Source: Negaprion brevirostris (Eukaryota). From it: DNA of 61,332 bases. The stretch spans positions 30,352,788 to 30,414,119 of the forward strand of contig JARDVH010000154.1 of the NCBI GenBank assembly GCA_030324005.1, read 5' to 3'. Below, in pieces: positions 22,917-36,004 of the stretch. Every line of letters begins with the position of its first letter. Positions within the stretch are counted from its first letter, which is position 1. The notes beneath the pieces are model-generated. The model had not been told where the DNA came from, searched no databases, and saw only the letters and a list, made by a program, of their open reading frames with translations. Made by a program: the position numbers and the translations under genes.

Positions 22917-23924
22917 CATGTTAAATATGTAGAAATTGACAGAGCTTTTGGAAGTCAGCTCCAATCCATGAACTTCCATACTTAACGACATTGTGTTGGG
23001 CTGCATGTGAGCAACCCCTTCGGAAGGGGTGGATTGGCAATGTCAGTGCACTTATAATTCAACTGGAATGATATTAAAATGGCTTTTGGAATAGGTTACC
23101 TGGACTTTGGAGGTGCCTTTCATGATTTTGGAGATCTGTATGTCTGATTTTCTCTTTGAATCTGAGAGATCGCTCTTTCACTTGGACCTCACCTGAGGGT
23201 CACTGACTGATCAACCATTTTCTGTCTGCTCAATTACCTCTCCACCTGTGATTTTACTGGTTTTTGAAAGCTTTTTTTCTTTTCTGCTCTCTTTCTCTTC
23301 TAGAAAAAAACTTGTTTGTTCTGTCCGAGTTAACTCTTCATGTCAAACTGTTAAATTGTTCTTCAGCTCCACAGCTTAGACCATAGGAAATTTCAGTAGT
23401 CATTGTGCATGCTATTTGTTGACATAAATGCACTTTCCCCAAACCCTTGCCAGCTTCACAGCCAGCTGATTGTCTCTTTGGCAGCATGCCCATGCCTCAT
23501 AAACTCTGTTCCTGCAGTCAAGACTGGAGATTAATATCAAGCTCTTGAAGCAGATTCTGTAACATTAGAATAATTTGAGCCACCTGATTCAACATATTGT
23601 TCAAAAGAAAATTATTAGGTATAGTTTATATTCGATTGTATAAAGAAAAAGCAAGCAACTTTCTGCCTGATTTCGGAAAAGAAAAACAACCCTCATGAAA
23701 TGCTGTTAATAAATGAGACCCTGTAGTTGAAGAAAATTCGTAAAATCATGCTGATCTGGTTAATGCAGGATTCAGCAGTATGTATTCCACATTTGAATAT
23801 CATGCCTAGATTGTCCACTGCATAGAATGAACACTCGAGTTGCTGAAAAGAACATTCTTGACACTTAAGCCATTTTCAACCTCAGTATTGGTGTACAAGA
23901 TGCATATGTAAAGCAACATTATAA

Positions 23925-24320
23925 TTAGAACACAGAACATTATAGCGCAGTACAGACCCTTCAGCCCTCGATGTTGCGCAGACCAGTGGAACCAATGTTA
24001 TCCATATGCCTATCCACTGACCATTTGAACGCCCTTAAAGTTGGCGAGTCCACAACTGCTGCAGGCAGNNNNNNNNNNNNNNNNNNNNNNNNNNNNNNNN
24101 NNNNNNNNNNNNNNNNNNNNNNNNNNNNNNNNNNNNNNNNNNNNNNNNNNNNNNNNNNNNNNNNNNNNAAGTGAATCACCTCACACTTTTCCGTATTAAA
24201 CTCCATTTGCCACCTCTCGGCCCAGCTCTGCAGCTTATCTATGTCTCTGTGCAAACTGTAACATCCATCCTCGCTGTCTACAACTCTTCCAACTTTGGTG
24301 TCGTCGGCAAATTTACTAAA
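23925..24320 (-). mobile_element. CR1 LINE RT/3' fragment spanning a 100-N gap
   Basis: Encodes KFADDTKVGRVVDS, DIDKLQSWAERWQMEFNTEKCEVIH and LPAAVVDSPTLRAFKWSVDRHM. Confidence 0.9.
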
Positions 24321-24705
24321 TTTACTAATTAGGTACTGAAGGATAAGAAATGCTCACGATTTTAGTGGTGAGCATTGAATTGAAAATGGTTAGATGAAGT
24401 CAAGTTTAGATATTAAAATTCTGCGCATTATCTCGAAGAATAATTGACGGAATAAAGGGGTTAATTAGTTTTGCAATCCTGGAAGAAGTTAGAACTTAGA
24501 AATGCACTTATTTGCTACAGGACATTACATGTCAGCTTCATGTTACTTAGCCATCAAATTTTAATATCACCATTCTTTTTATTTAAAATATTGCTACTTC
24601 CATGCAGATGCTGTTAGTCCAGACTTGTGCCTTGGGGCAAACAGCACTTATTGCAATTGTACCTTGATGGGATTAATTCCATACCTTTGACTTTGCCCAA
24701 TATCA

Positions 24706-26141
24706 AGGGCTGAATTTTCATCACAGTCAGAGGAAACAGGAGCCAGACTGTTTTTGGGTCAGAAACCTGCTGGCAGTGGGAAACTGATTAAAATTTAGAT
24801 TTTCAGAGGGGTGAGCCTGTACTTGGTATTTTGTATTTCCTGGCCACTTAGAGCCATTGGGAGAAAGAATGGAGGTGGGTCAGATGAGGTGGAACTCAGT
24901 TAGATACCGCCACTGCAGCCATTAATGAGGCTGTTGACCCTCATGAGGGAAAGACCTACTGGTTGTGCAAAAGTCGTCTTCTTCTGGTGGAAACGAGATG
25001 TTACAGAGGAACTGGAGACCTGGCACGTGGGGCAGAGCTGTCCCTTGGTTCATTGATGCCAATGTAGATATAATGCTGGAGGCTGAGAGAGTGTGTGAGT
25101 AGGAGGTCTTGGAGGGTGGCATGGGGATGCCACCTCATCATGCAGCAGGGAAATCTCTGTTCAGTGTCACCTCCCTTGACCGCCAGTTCCACCTCCCCTT
25201 CCTGCTTTGCTTCCAATGAGCTGTGTCCTTTCCAGGAGCTGTGTTTTCTGGAGAATCTTATTATGGAGAGCCCAGCAGAACGTTGCAATGACCAAGACTA
25301 TTGTAAGAGTGTACTGTAGGGTACCAGAATTGCTCATTGGCTGCCTTGATGGGCAGGTGGCATTGTTTGGATAGCCTCTTATCTGGGGTTCCATTGGAAG
25401 ATTGAGTGACTAAAGGAATTTCCCTCGTTCCCTGTGATCTTTCCAGATATTTTGGGGATTGGATTAAAAATTTGAGGGAACTGAGCTGCCAAAGGATAAA
25501 AGAGTCATGGCAAATGCCGGAAAGTGAGGGCATGCACGGAGGAAGCTCTTGTTTTGCTGGAAGGCCAGTTGGACATTTGAGACTCTGGAAGTCCTTTGTG
25601 CTGATAGATCACTGGCTGGTTATTGATTATCTTGATGGCAATGTGGGTGCAATCAGTGATACCTTGGATCTAGGAGAAACCAGCGATGAACATAAGATTC
25701 ATTTCTCAATGTCCTTTCAAGACCATGCCTTGTTAAATGAATAGCTTTCGTGCTTTGACAGAGGGCACCCGTAACGCTAGGGACCCAAAGTTTGACAGTT
25801 ATGCCCCCATTGGCAGTTGGAGCTTTCCTTATGGGCAGGTGGTTGTCTAATTGTCCTAAGCAAATGAACTCTCTTCTTTTACCCTGTGGTGCCAACAGGA
25901 CCCTATTCGAAGCCTGGGCAGGTGAGTGCTGACTGTCCCTGCCATCTATGCATTGCCAAGGATGGCCCTTACAAACTGCCCAGTCCCTCATGTCCCATTA
26001 ATCAGAGTGATGACCAGATGATTAACCCTTATGGGGTCGGGGTGATGGCCTAGAGCAACAATGGCAGTCACCTGCTTCAGCTGCTCTGTTTCTGAAGGTG
26101 CAGGTGACCTGCTGATTCTTTAAAAATGGAACTTCAGCCCT
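24706..26141 (-). mobile_element. Decayed PIF/Harbinger DNA transposon with both TIRs and a transposase remnant
   Basis: TIRs agggctgaattttca (24706) and tggaacttcagccct (ending 26141). Minus strand gives IAGFS*IQGITDCTHIAIK, CHDSFILWQ and LQYT...CWALHN, Harbinger/HARBI1 DDE motifs with frameshifts. Confidence 0.8.
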
Positions 26142-27182
26142 GACGAGCTCTAAATTAACAATTTCAACCATTTCATTGGCTTTAATGCATTTAAGAATGG
26201 GATTCCTGTGTTGCAGTCCTCCTGCATTGGTAATTATTGCTGACAGTGACTAGTACTCTTACATCTTCATCCCCTACCACACCATCTCCATTACTGACTT
26301 TGGGAAATCCTCAAAAATTTTGCCCCAAGTCATCACACAATACACAGTACTCCAAATTGTAGTTCCTGGTCTGTGACTTTCTTGGGTATGTGTGTGGAGA
26401 GTGAGTAATGAGATATTACTTATTAATGTTTGACATGATGTGAAATTCTGCACATCCCTTTGTGATGTTTTTGGGAAATATTTATGTGGAAGCGTACAGC
26501 CTGCTGCTGATGTCTCTCTCGATCGATGAGAGTGATTCACCTTTCAATCTTGAAGGTTAACACTGCAGCACTTTTTCTAGTTTAAGGCATCAGAGAATTT
26601 TATTACCAAAAGGCAGTGANNNNNNNNNNNNNNNNNNNNNNNNNNNNNNNNNNNNNNNNNNNNNNNNNNNNNNNNNNNNNNNNNNNNNNNNNNNNNNNNN
26701 NNNNNNNNNNNNNNNNNNNNNNNNNNNNNNNNNNNNNNNNNNNNNNNNNNNNNNNNNNNNNNNNNNNNNNNNNNNNNNNNNNNNNNNNNNNNNNNNNNNN
26801 NNNNNNNNNNNNNNNNNNNNNNNNNNNNTGAAGTCAACCACATTAGAAATTTCTCATTTTACTTCTATATCATGTTTGCATATTGTGTACTGCAGTAATC
26901 TTTGGTTTTACATACACTGCGTATTTTGCTATTTTTTGACAGAAGTATGCAACGCTATTCAAATACTTTCAGTTTGGACTCTTCACCTGCAACAAGTTAT
27001 TTGATTGTAGTATGCAGGTGTGTGCTGAGGAAGAGTGAATGGGTTGTTGGTGTAGTTTTCACATTAATACAAATAAAGCCCATCATTTAATGCTGATCCT
27101 GGTTTCTTCCTCATCCTGATGAGGTGGTGCAACTCTATTCCTGAATGTTTACTTGCAGAGCAAGAGATGGCCNNNNNNNNNN

Positions 27183-27360
27183 TGACACGTTATTCTCAGT
27201 CTTGTTTTGAAATTTTTTTGTGGCCTCACCCCGTCCCTACTTCTAGCCCCACAACCTCTGAGGCATTTACGCTCATCTAATTCTAGCATTTCTCTCCTTA
27301 ATTGCCCCATCCTTAGTGGCTGTGCTCTCAGCTACCAAGGTCCTAAGATCTGGAAACCGT
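27183..27360 (+). mobile_element. L2 LINE 3' fragment
   Basis: tggcctcaccccgtccctac...attgccccatccttagtggctgtgctctcagctaccaaggtcctaagatctggaa. Confidence 0.55.
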
Positions 27361-27394
27361 AACATTCAAGGCTATGGGCAAAATGCTGGCAATA

Positions 27395-28511
27395 TAGTGA
27401 ATTTCTCTTACTTATGGATAAACCCTACATTTGATCACCAATGTCCATAATAGCAGCAAGTTAAGATATATGAAAATAAATAGTTTTACAAAACCATTGA
27501 GAATGATAACCTTAAACAAGAGATACAAATTCTCAGTGATAAACTAAAAGGAATTGTGCAACAACATTTTGAGTTTTAAGATGTTTACTGAAACAAACAA
27601 GTTAAAAGCAACTTCAACTAAGCATCACATAGGCAACTAATACCCTGAAATGTCTTAAAACCAATAATCCCACACTACGTTTCTACTTTACTATGCATTG
27701 TCCAAGGAATTGCAGTCTTTCAAGAAACAGTGCAAAGTCTTCCAGCTCCCAATGGGTTCACATCTCCTCATTTCACTGAGTCGTCATCTCCTGTAACTGT
27801 TTGAAGGTGCAAGTCTTCATTTACGGAGAATTTCCAAACCAACTGCCACCAGTAAGATCCACTCTGGCAATCTCATCCTCCAGGACAAATCTTGACAGTG
27901 ACAAGGGATGTGTCTCTTCAGCCAAAATTCAGGAAAGTTACTGAGAAGATGCCTGCTTGTTGAATCACCCTTTTATTTTCTTGATATCTACTGCAGACCA
28001 CTGCTCCTTTTAAGCTGGAAGCCCTCTGGCCCTCCAACTTTAAGAGCCCACTCTTTGCCGTAATTGGACAAAGAATCTATCTTTTCTCTGTCGTTTCTTC
28101 ACTGCAGCAATAACCCTGCATCTTCTTTCCTGTCACACACACAGTAGAAGTGGTAGCAGAAGTTGGTAGCAAAGTTGTGGCATTCAGTTAACTAAAGTGG
28201 TTCTCACTTTAGTTAACTGCATGCTTTGTCTTTATCCCTGTGCTTGCTGGAAACGTTCATATTAATTTAAAAGCTGGTTATCCATCTGCTGTGTCTCTCA
28301 ATCTGTTGTTCCTACTTCTTCTGCTAATTTAGCCTGGATAATCTACGTTATCGACGTGCACCTGGCTATATTGTCCATCCCGCTCTAGGTTTCTATTATA
28401 CCCAGGCTCCAGTTGTTCATTTGGTAACTGTAAGGTTACTGTTTTAAGCGCCTTTCTCAAAAATGTGTTATTTTAATCCAGAATAAATTCCATTACATTT
28501 TGCTTAACACA
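27395..28511 (-). mobile_element. Possible solo LTR
   Basis: ~1.1-kb strand-asymmetric block ending ttaacaca (TGTG on the minus strand); resembles shark LTRs in composition only. Confidence 0.3.
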
Positions 28512-28854
28512 AAAATGTATAGAATGTTTAGTCATCTATTGCAGAAATTGACCCTAAAGTGTAACAGATTTCAAGCAGCCTTGACTTATTACATAAAAGA
28601 GAGGATGGCTGGGAGTGTGGTTGCAACTGCAATTTAATCTTAAAGATTAGATGTTCATTATAACATGGGCCAACTTTCACTGCTCGGGGTTTCTGATGTT
28701 GCCTGAATCCCTTGATTGTATTATTGGATTGCAGTTTGCTGCTAGACATTAGTTATATTATACATGTTGTACTATTCCTGTGACAATGGATACAGATTTT
28801 AGTTAATTTCAGTGGATGAGGGTACAGCACTTTTTGCGGAAATAAGGGGTTCAC

Positions 28855-29060
28855 AGAATCACAATATTGTTACAGCACAGAAGGCAGCTGTTTGGCCCAT
28901 TTTACCTGAACCAGCTCTCTGAGCAATTCACCTGGTACCTTCTCCCTATAATCCAGCACTTTTCTCCTTTTCAGGTCATAGTCGAATTCTCTTTTTGAAT
29001 GCCTCGATTGAACATGCAACTACCATACTCTCAGGCAGAAATAAATTAGCCAAATTAATT
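28855..29060 (-). mobile_element. CR1 LINE 3' end
   Basis: cacagaatcacaatattgttacagcacagaaggcagctgtttggccc...ttttgaatgcctcgattgaac. Confidence 0.65.
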
Positions 29061-29074
29061 TTTTTCTCATTATT

Positions 29075-29516
29075 CATTGGGCCTTGGCCTCACTGATTAA
29101 CCCAGCATTTATTGCCATTCCTAATTATCCTTGAGAAGGTAATGGTGGGCTGTCTCCTTGAACTGCTGCTCATGTGGCGTAGCACACCCACAGTGCTAAG
29201 AGGTTTGACAGACCTGAGTGGCTTGCCAGGCCATTTCAGGTGCCATTTAAGACAATCATTCTGCTGAGAGTCTACGGCCACATGTCTGTCAGATTAGATA
29301 AGGATGACAGATTTTCTCAAAGGATTTTAGTGAACCAGATGGGTTTTTACAACAATGACAATGATTTCATGGTCATCATTAGACTTTCAATTCCAGTCTT
29401 TTTACTGAATTCGAGTTCCACCATCTGCTGTGGAGGGATTCAAACCCAGATCCCTAGGGCAACACCCTGGGTCTCTAGATTATTAGTCCAGTGACAATCA
29501 CTATGCCACTGTCTCC
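29075..29516 (-). mobile_element. tRNA-derived SINE, second family (tail shared with a CR1/Jockey-group LINE)
   Basis: cagcatttattgccattcctaattatccttgagaagg...gtgaaccagatgggttttt...ccatctgctgtggagggattcaaaccc; further copies at 52080, 52945 and 61070. Confidence 0.7.
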
Positions 29517-29815
29517 CATTACCTATTGATATGTTCCAGGAGGATCTTTTTATGGCAAGATTAATAGGTAAAGGAGGTTTGGGAGGGGCAACCTCATCCA
29601 TTATTTAGCTGGGGTATAAATACAGTTAGTATCTCCAGATTTGAAGTCAGGTGTGCTTTTCAATGCAAGGCATAAGTCACCGGGGTTACCTTCTTAACTG
29701 CATGAAAGGGCTTCAATAGAAAGGAGGTCACCTGGACTAAGCAGGGAGAACCCCTCAATTACAAATGGACCAGCAAGTATTTCATTTCTAGGAATTGATC
29801 TTTGGAACAAATATA

Positions 29816-30107
29816 GGATGACATGGTGGCAAAGTGATCAGCCCTACTGCCTGATAGCACGAGTGAGCCGTGTTCGATTCCCAGCTTAGGTCACAGTCTG
29901 TGTGGAGTCTTCACATTCTCCCCGTGCCTGCGTAGATTTCCTCTGGATGCTCCGGTTTCCTTCCACAGCCCGAAAGACATGCGGGTTAGGTACATTGGCC
30001 ATAGTAAATTCTACCTCTGTGTACCCAAATAGGTGACTAGGGATAATCTCAGTAACTTCATTGCACTGTTAATTTAAGCCTACTTGTGACACTAATTAAT
30101 AAACTTT
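29816..30107 (+). mobile_element. HE1-head SINE with the alternative tail
   Basis: Head catggtggcaaagtgatcagc, V-domain, tail cagtaacttcattgcactgttaatttaagcctacttgtgacactaattaataaac. Confidence 0.85.
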
Positions 30108-31794
30108 AAAATATAGATTATTTGATCTCCCTTCCCCAAATAATTGGGGATTCCCCCCCCACTACCATTTTTTAAAAATCTAGTTGATCCCTAAAGTTAT
30201 GCAGTTACCAATGCTAGCTTATTCCTTAGAGAGAAATTAAGTGTTGGGTGTTTGCTCATTTTATGTCTCCTCTTCCATACTGTTGTATTTTTACTTTTAT
30301 GCTGTGACATTTTCAGCTGATGTATTGAAAGCAAGTCCTAATGTTTCGGAATCCAAATAATGAGTGACTTTCCTTACATTAGAGCCTTATCGTTATATTC
30401 TGTGTCTTCCCTGTTTAGTCTTGCATCAGTTAATGTACTGGCCCTTCATGCAGTTTTGCAATCTCTTCATTTGCTTTTTTCCCATGATACTTCTGTCGTG
30501 TGAAAGCACTGTTCTTTTTGTGGAATTTTTGAGTGTCAGATTTAACTGTGTAATTTGGTCCTGGGATATCCTTTAGCATTATACTGTCAATTAAAACTTG
30601 ACACGTAATCTAATAGGTAAGACATGCTCCCAGTTGCTGTTGTGTTAGTATCATCCCCAGCACCACTTGATGGCCAAACTGACACACATTTGAGTTTTGT
30701 TGTTCCTCACTTGAACCATAAGTTTCAATGTAATAGGCTGCCTAACATTATAGGGAAATTAAAGATCATGCTCCAGATCATTTGTTCTGGTTGCAAAGGC
30801 AGGACCATCAACAGATGTCTGTAATTGCTTATGCTGGCCTCCCACATAAAAGGCTTATTTACTCAGCCTAGTGTATAGGAGAGCAAAACATTTAAAATGA
30901 TTAAAAACTGATATTTTTAAGCTTGACTTAAGTAATCCTGGCCTCTGATGAANNNNNNNNNNNNNNNNNNNNNNNNNNNNNNNNNNNNNNNNNNNNNNNN
31001 NNNNNNNNNNNNNNNNNNNNNNNNNNNNNNNNNNNNNNNNNNNNNNNNNNNNNNNNNNNNNNNNNNNNNNNNNNNNNNNNNNNNNNNNNNNNNNNNNNNN
31101 NNNNNNNNNNNNNNNNNNNNNNNNNNNNNNNNNNNNNNNNNNNNNNNNNNNNNNNNNNNNNNNNNNNNNNNNNNNNNNNNNNNNNNNNNNNNNNNNNNNN
31201 NNNNNNNNNNNNNNNNNNNNNNNNNNNNNNNNNNNNNNNNNNNNNNNNNNNNNNNNNNNNNNNNNNNNNNNNNNNNNNNNNNNNNNNNNNNNNNAAGTAG
31301 AAATATCAACCAGACTTAAACAGTTATCACTTAAAAATATACAGAGCTTTTACCATGGAATGAATGGACATAATGACCCAGACTTCTAAATTAAGTATTT
31401 CAGGGCTAGATAATTTGTCCAGCAGTAATTTTGACTTCGTACACCATTAAAACCTCAGCTATAGCTCATTAAATGAGACATGGCATTTTATATATTTCTT
31501 TTGCACTAAGAATGATGCATAACATATCAAATCACTCTTGTGCTAATTGCATCTGCATCTTATGGAGGAAAAGAGTATCCTGATAACATTTAATGGCAAT
31601 TGTACTGACACCAGAAATTGCTGTTGATTTTGTACTGTGATGACAGCAAAAGCTGACAGTTTTGGTGTCATTACAACTCTGGATTGTAACACTTCACTGT
31701 AATGCAGTAAAACATACAATAAACCTAAAGTTGTTGAAGGGTTTGTACGAAAATGTAAATTTTGTTTAACATTTACTGCACTTTATTGCAAGTG

Positions 31795-32015
31795 AAACCA
31801 AAAGAAAAAATGCTGGAAAACCTCAGCAGGTCTGGCAGCATCTGTAAGGAGAGAAAAGAGCTGACATTTCAAGTCCAGCTCAGCTTTGACAAGGAGTCAT
31901 CTGGACTCAACATCAGCTCTTTTTTCTCCTTACAGATGCTGTCAGATCTGCTGAGATTTTCCAGCATTGTCTTTTGATTTCAGATTCCGGCATCCACAGT
32001 AATTTGCTTTTATTT
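31795..32015. repeat. Palindromic Penelope-derived repeat (inverted arms ~70 bp)
   Basis: aatgctggaaaacctcagcaggtctggcagcatctgtaaggagagaaaagagctga pairs with tcagctcttttttctccttacagatgctgtcagatctgctgagattttccagcatt. Decayed relatives at ~32690-32790, 33345-33440 and 35650-35850. Confidence 0.75.
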
Positions 32016-34583
32016 ATTGTAAGTGGTTGTCTAAGTACAGTACTATCATTTTAGAAGATTTATACATCACAGTATGGCAACTACCATCTGTAAAAAATGC
32101 AATATGGCATTTAAAAATATGGACAATAATAGGTAAATCTTGGCTGGTTTCTAACAATTTTGGTAATGATCTTAGAGGTGCATACAAACACCTGCCAACA
32201 GTTAACATTTTTGCTATTTTTACATCTATTTGAAATATCACAAAGCAAATTCTTCAATCCCTACACAAGGCAGTAGTGTTTTTTGTTATTTAAAATATCT
32301 GAATCAATGTTTGTAGTTGTAAAGTGCAATCCAAATTTCCTGTTCCTTGCCCATGCTAACCAATTGCAGGTTGGTATTAAACTATTTTTTTTAAAGATTT
32401 TGATTAATTTGTGCCATATTCCATTGCTTTCTCCCTCTTCCTTTTTGGGTGGGAGATATAATCTCAGGTATTGATAGTCTAAGTCAATTATAGAAGAAAG
32501 GATTTTTGTGTTGTAATAATCACTATAGTTTAACTGCAGTTAAATTATCTTCATAATTATATTAAATAGTTGCATCAAAACTATTTTTATCTCTGACCTT
32601 TTTTTAAATTGTGTTCTTTGAGATCCAGACTTTTCTACCTTCACATTAAGAGTAGAATAAATTTTGGATAAACATTTCAAATAGATATAAAAACAGAATA
32701 CAGGAAATACTCTATGTCTAATAGCATCTGTGAAGCAAGAAACAGTTGATATATCAGGTCAACCATCTCTAATCATAAATAGTTGAACTCTTATTATCTT
32801 ACTTTCAAAATACAGCTAATTCATAACAAAAGCTATTGGTGGTATAGGAGCTATAAGATTGGTTGCACAGTGAAGTCCTATCTGCAACACTTGGTGATGT
32901 GCTCCACATAATTTCTGCTAATCCAGTCCAATTAACAATCTGATTTCTGACAGCTTCTCCAGTATGGGTTGCGGGTGATGCCTACTAGAGTGTAGGTTAT
33001 GCTCTATTATAAGCTTTCCTCAGGGAAAGTAGTGAGATATGGAGATGCATGAACCAAGGTGGGTGGAAACTGCTCCAGCTGGATGTTAGGAGGAAATCAG
33101 ACTGAAACAAAACTAATTAGAGAAAAAAATTAATTACAGTTGGTAATGATTCAGTGGACCTATCACTAATCTTCACTTGAGGTAATTATTAGTACACTTA
33201 GTGCACACAATTAATACTTTAAAAACCAGCCAAAAATAAAGGATCACATCATACATATTTACTGTCAGGTCAACTTAGAAAAATACAAATTAAGTAGGCC
33301 ACTTAGTCCCTGAGCCTGTTCCACCATTTAATAAGGTCTAAGCGGCTTCTCTCCACAGAAGCTGCCAAACCTGCCAAGTTTTCCAGCATTTTGATTTCAT
33401 TTTGGATTTCCAGGATCCACAGTCTTTTGTTTTAATTTTACAGCCAAAGAGACGACCTAAATGTGACATTGCTTTTTATTTGTCCCTTGGTAATATACTG
33501 TGTTGGCCATGGAGTTATTTTCTAGGTCAACATTTAATATTTAGTGCGCTTTTCCATGGTGTGTGCAGTTTCGTTTGTTAAAGTTGCAATAATAGTGATT
33601 GTCGTTGCTAAAGAAAGTAAGTTCATTTTTTAAAAAATGCCTATTCTCATAGCCCAAAGTATCCACTGTTTATTTCAGGAAATGAAGCCAATGTTACTGT
33701 TTACTACTTTTAAAAGGTAAGTTTTAAAGAAAATGGTCTTCAGTAAATCACTCAGTATAATGCAAGATGCAACAAGGTTAACAAAATGGAAATTTCTGTT
33801 GATACACTGCCTCGATTTCTACTTTGCTAACTTGCATCAAAATAATAGATGAATTGACTACTGTATACACTTGGATATCAGATGACTTGTCCACACTTTC
33901 AAAATTATGGCCCAAATCCACAATTTTTGTATCAACAATGCAGTGTTTATACCCACTAATTCTCCCTTCCCTATCAACTGTGTCTACAGATACTCAATCA
34001 CCATTTTTTATTTAATTCAACCAATCCATTTCTATCTACTGTTTTTCATCCAGCACTATAATGTTTAAATAACAACTATCTCTTCTGTCTCCAGCCTTGG
34101 CTCCTGCTGCTGATGTTTAATACCATCTCCCCTATCTACCTTGCTTGGCTATTTCTAATTTTAAATCTGCAGAGGGTGCCTGGACTGTAATTTGAATCAA
34201 GGGATTGCTATTTAAATCTCTGTGCTGGAAGAACAGAATTGAGCAAAAATGATAATGCACTAATGCAATGCTGCTGCATAGTTCATAATCTTGGGGAAAA
34301 TTGTTCTGGTGGAGCAATTGACCTTGTACACAAATTGACTGCTCCACCCCTAATTTTATGCTCCCACAAGAGATTTACAGTCTCGCATACAAATGAATGC
34401 ACTACCCAAAGCTGTTTCATTGGGGAATTTTGTTTGAAGAACTTCTGATGTAAAGAAACAAGTGCATCACAAATGCACACCAAAAACAAAGTTAACTGCC
34501 CTGGAACATTTTTCAGCAGGATTTTTAGTTTCATTTATTGGGATTATAATTGAAATGCTTTTCTTTTACTTTTGCCACCATAG

Positions 34584-36004
<1,421 letters not shown>

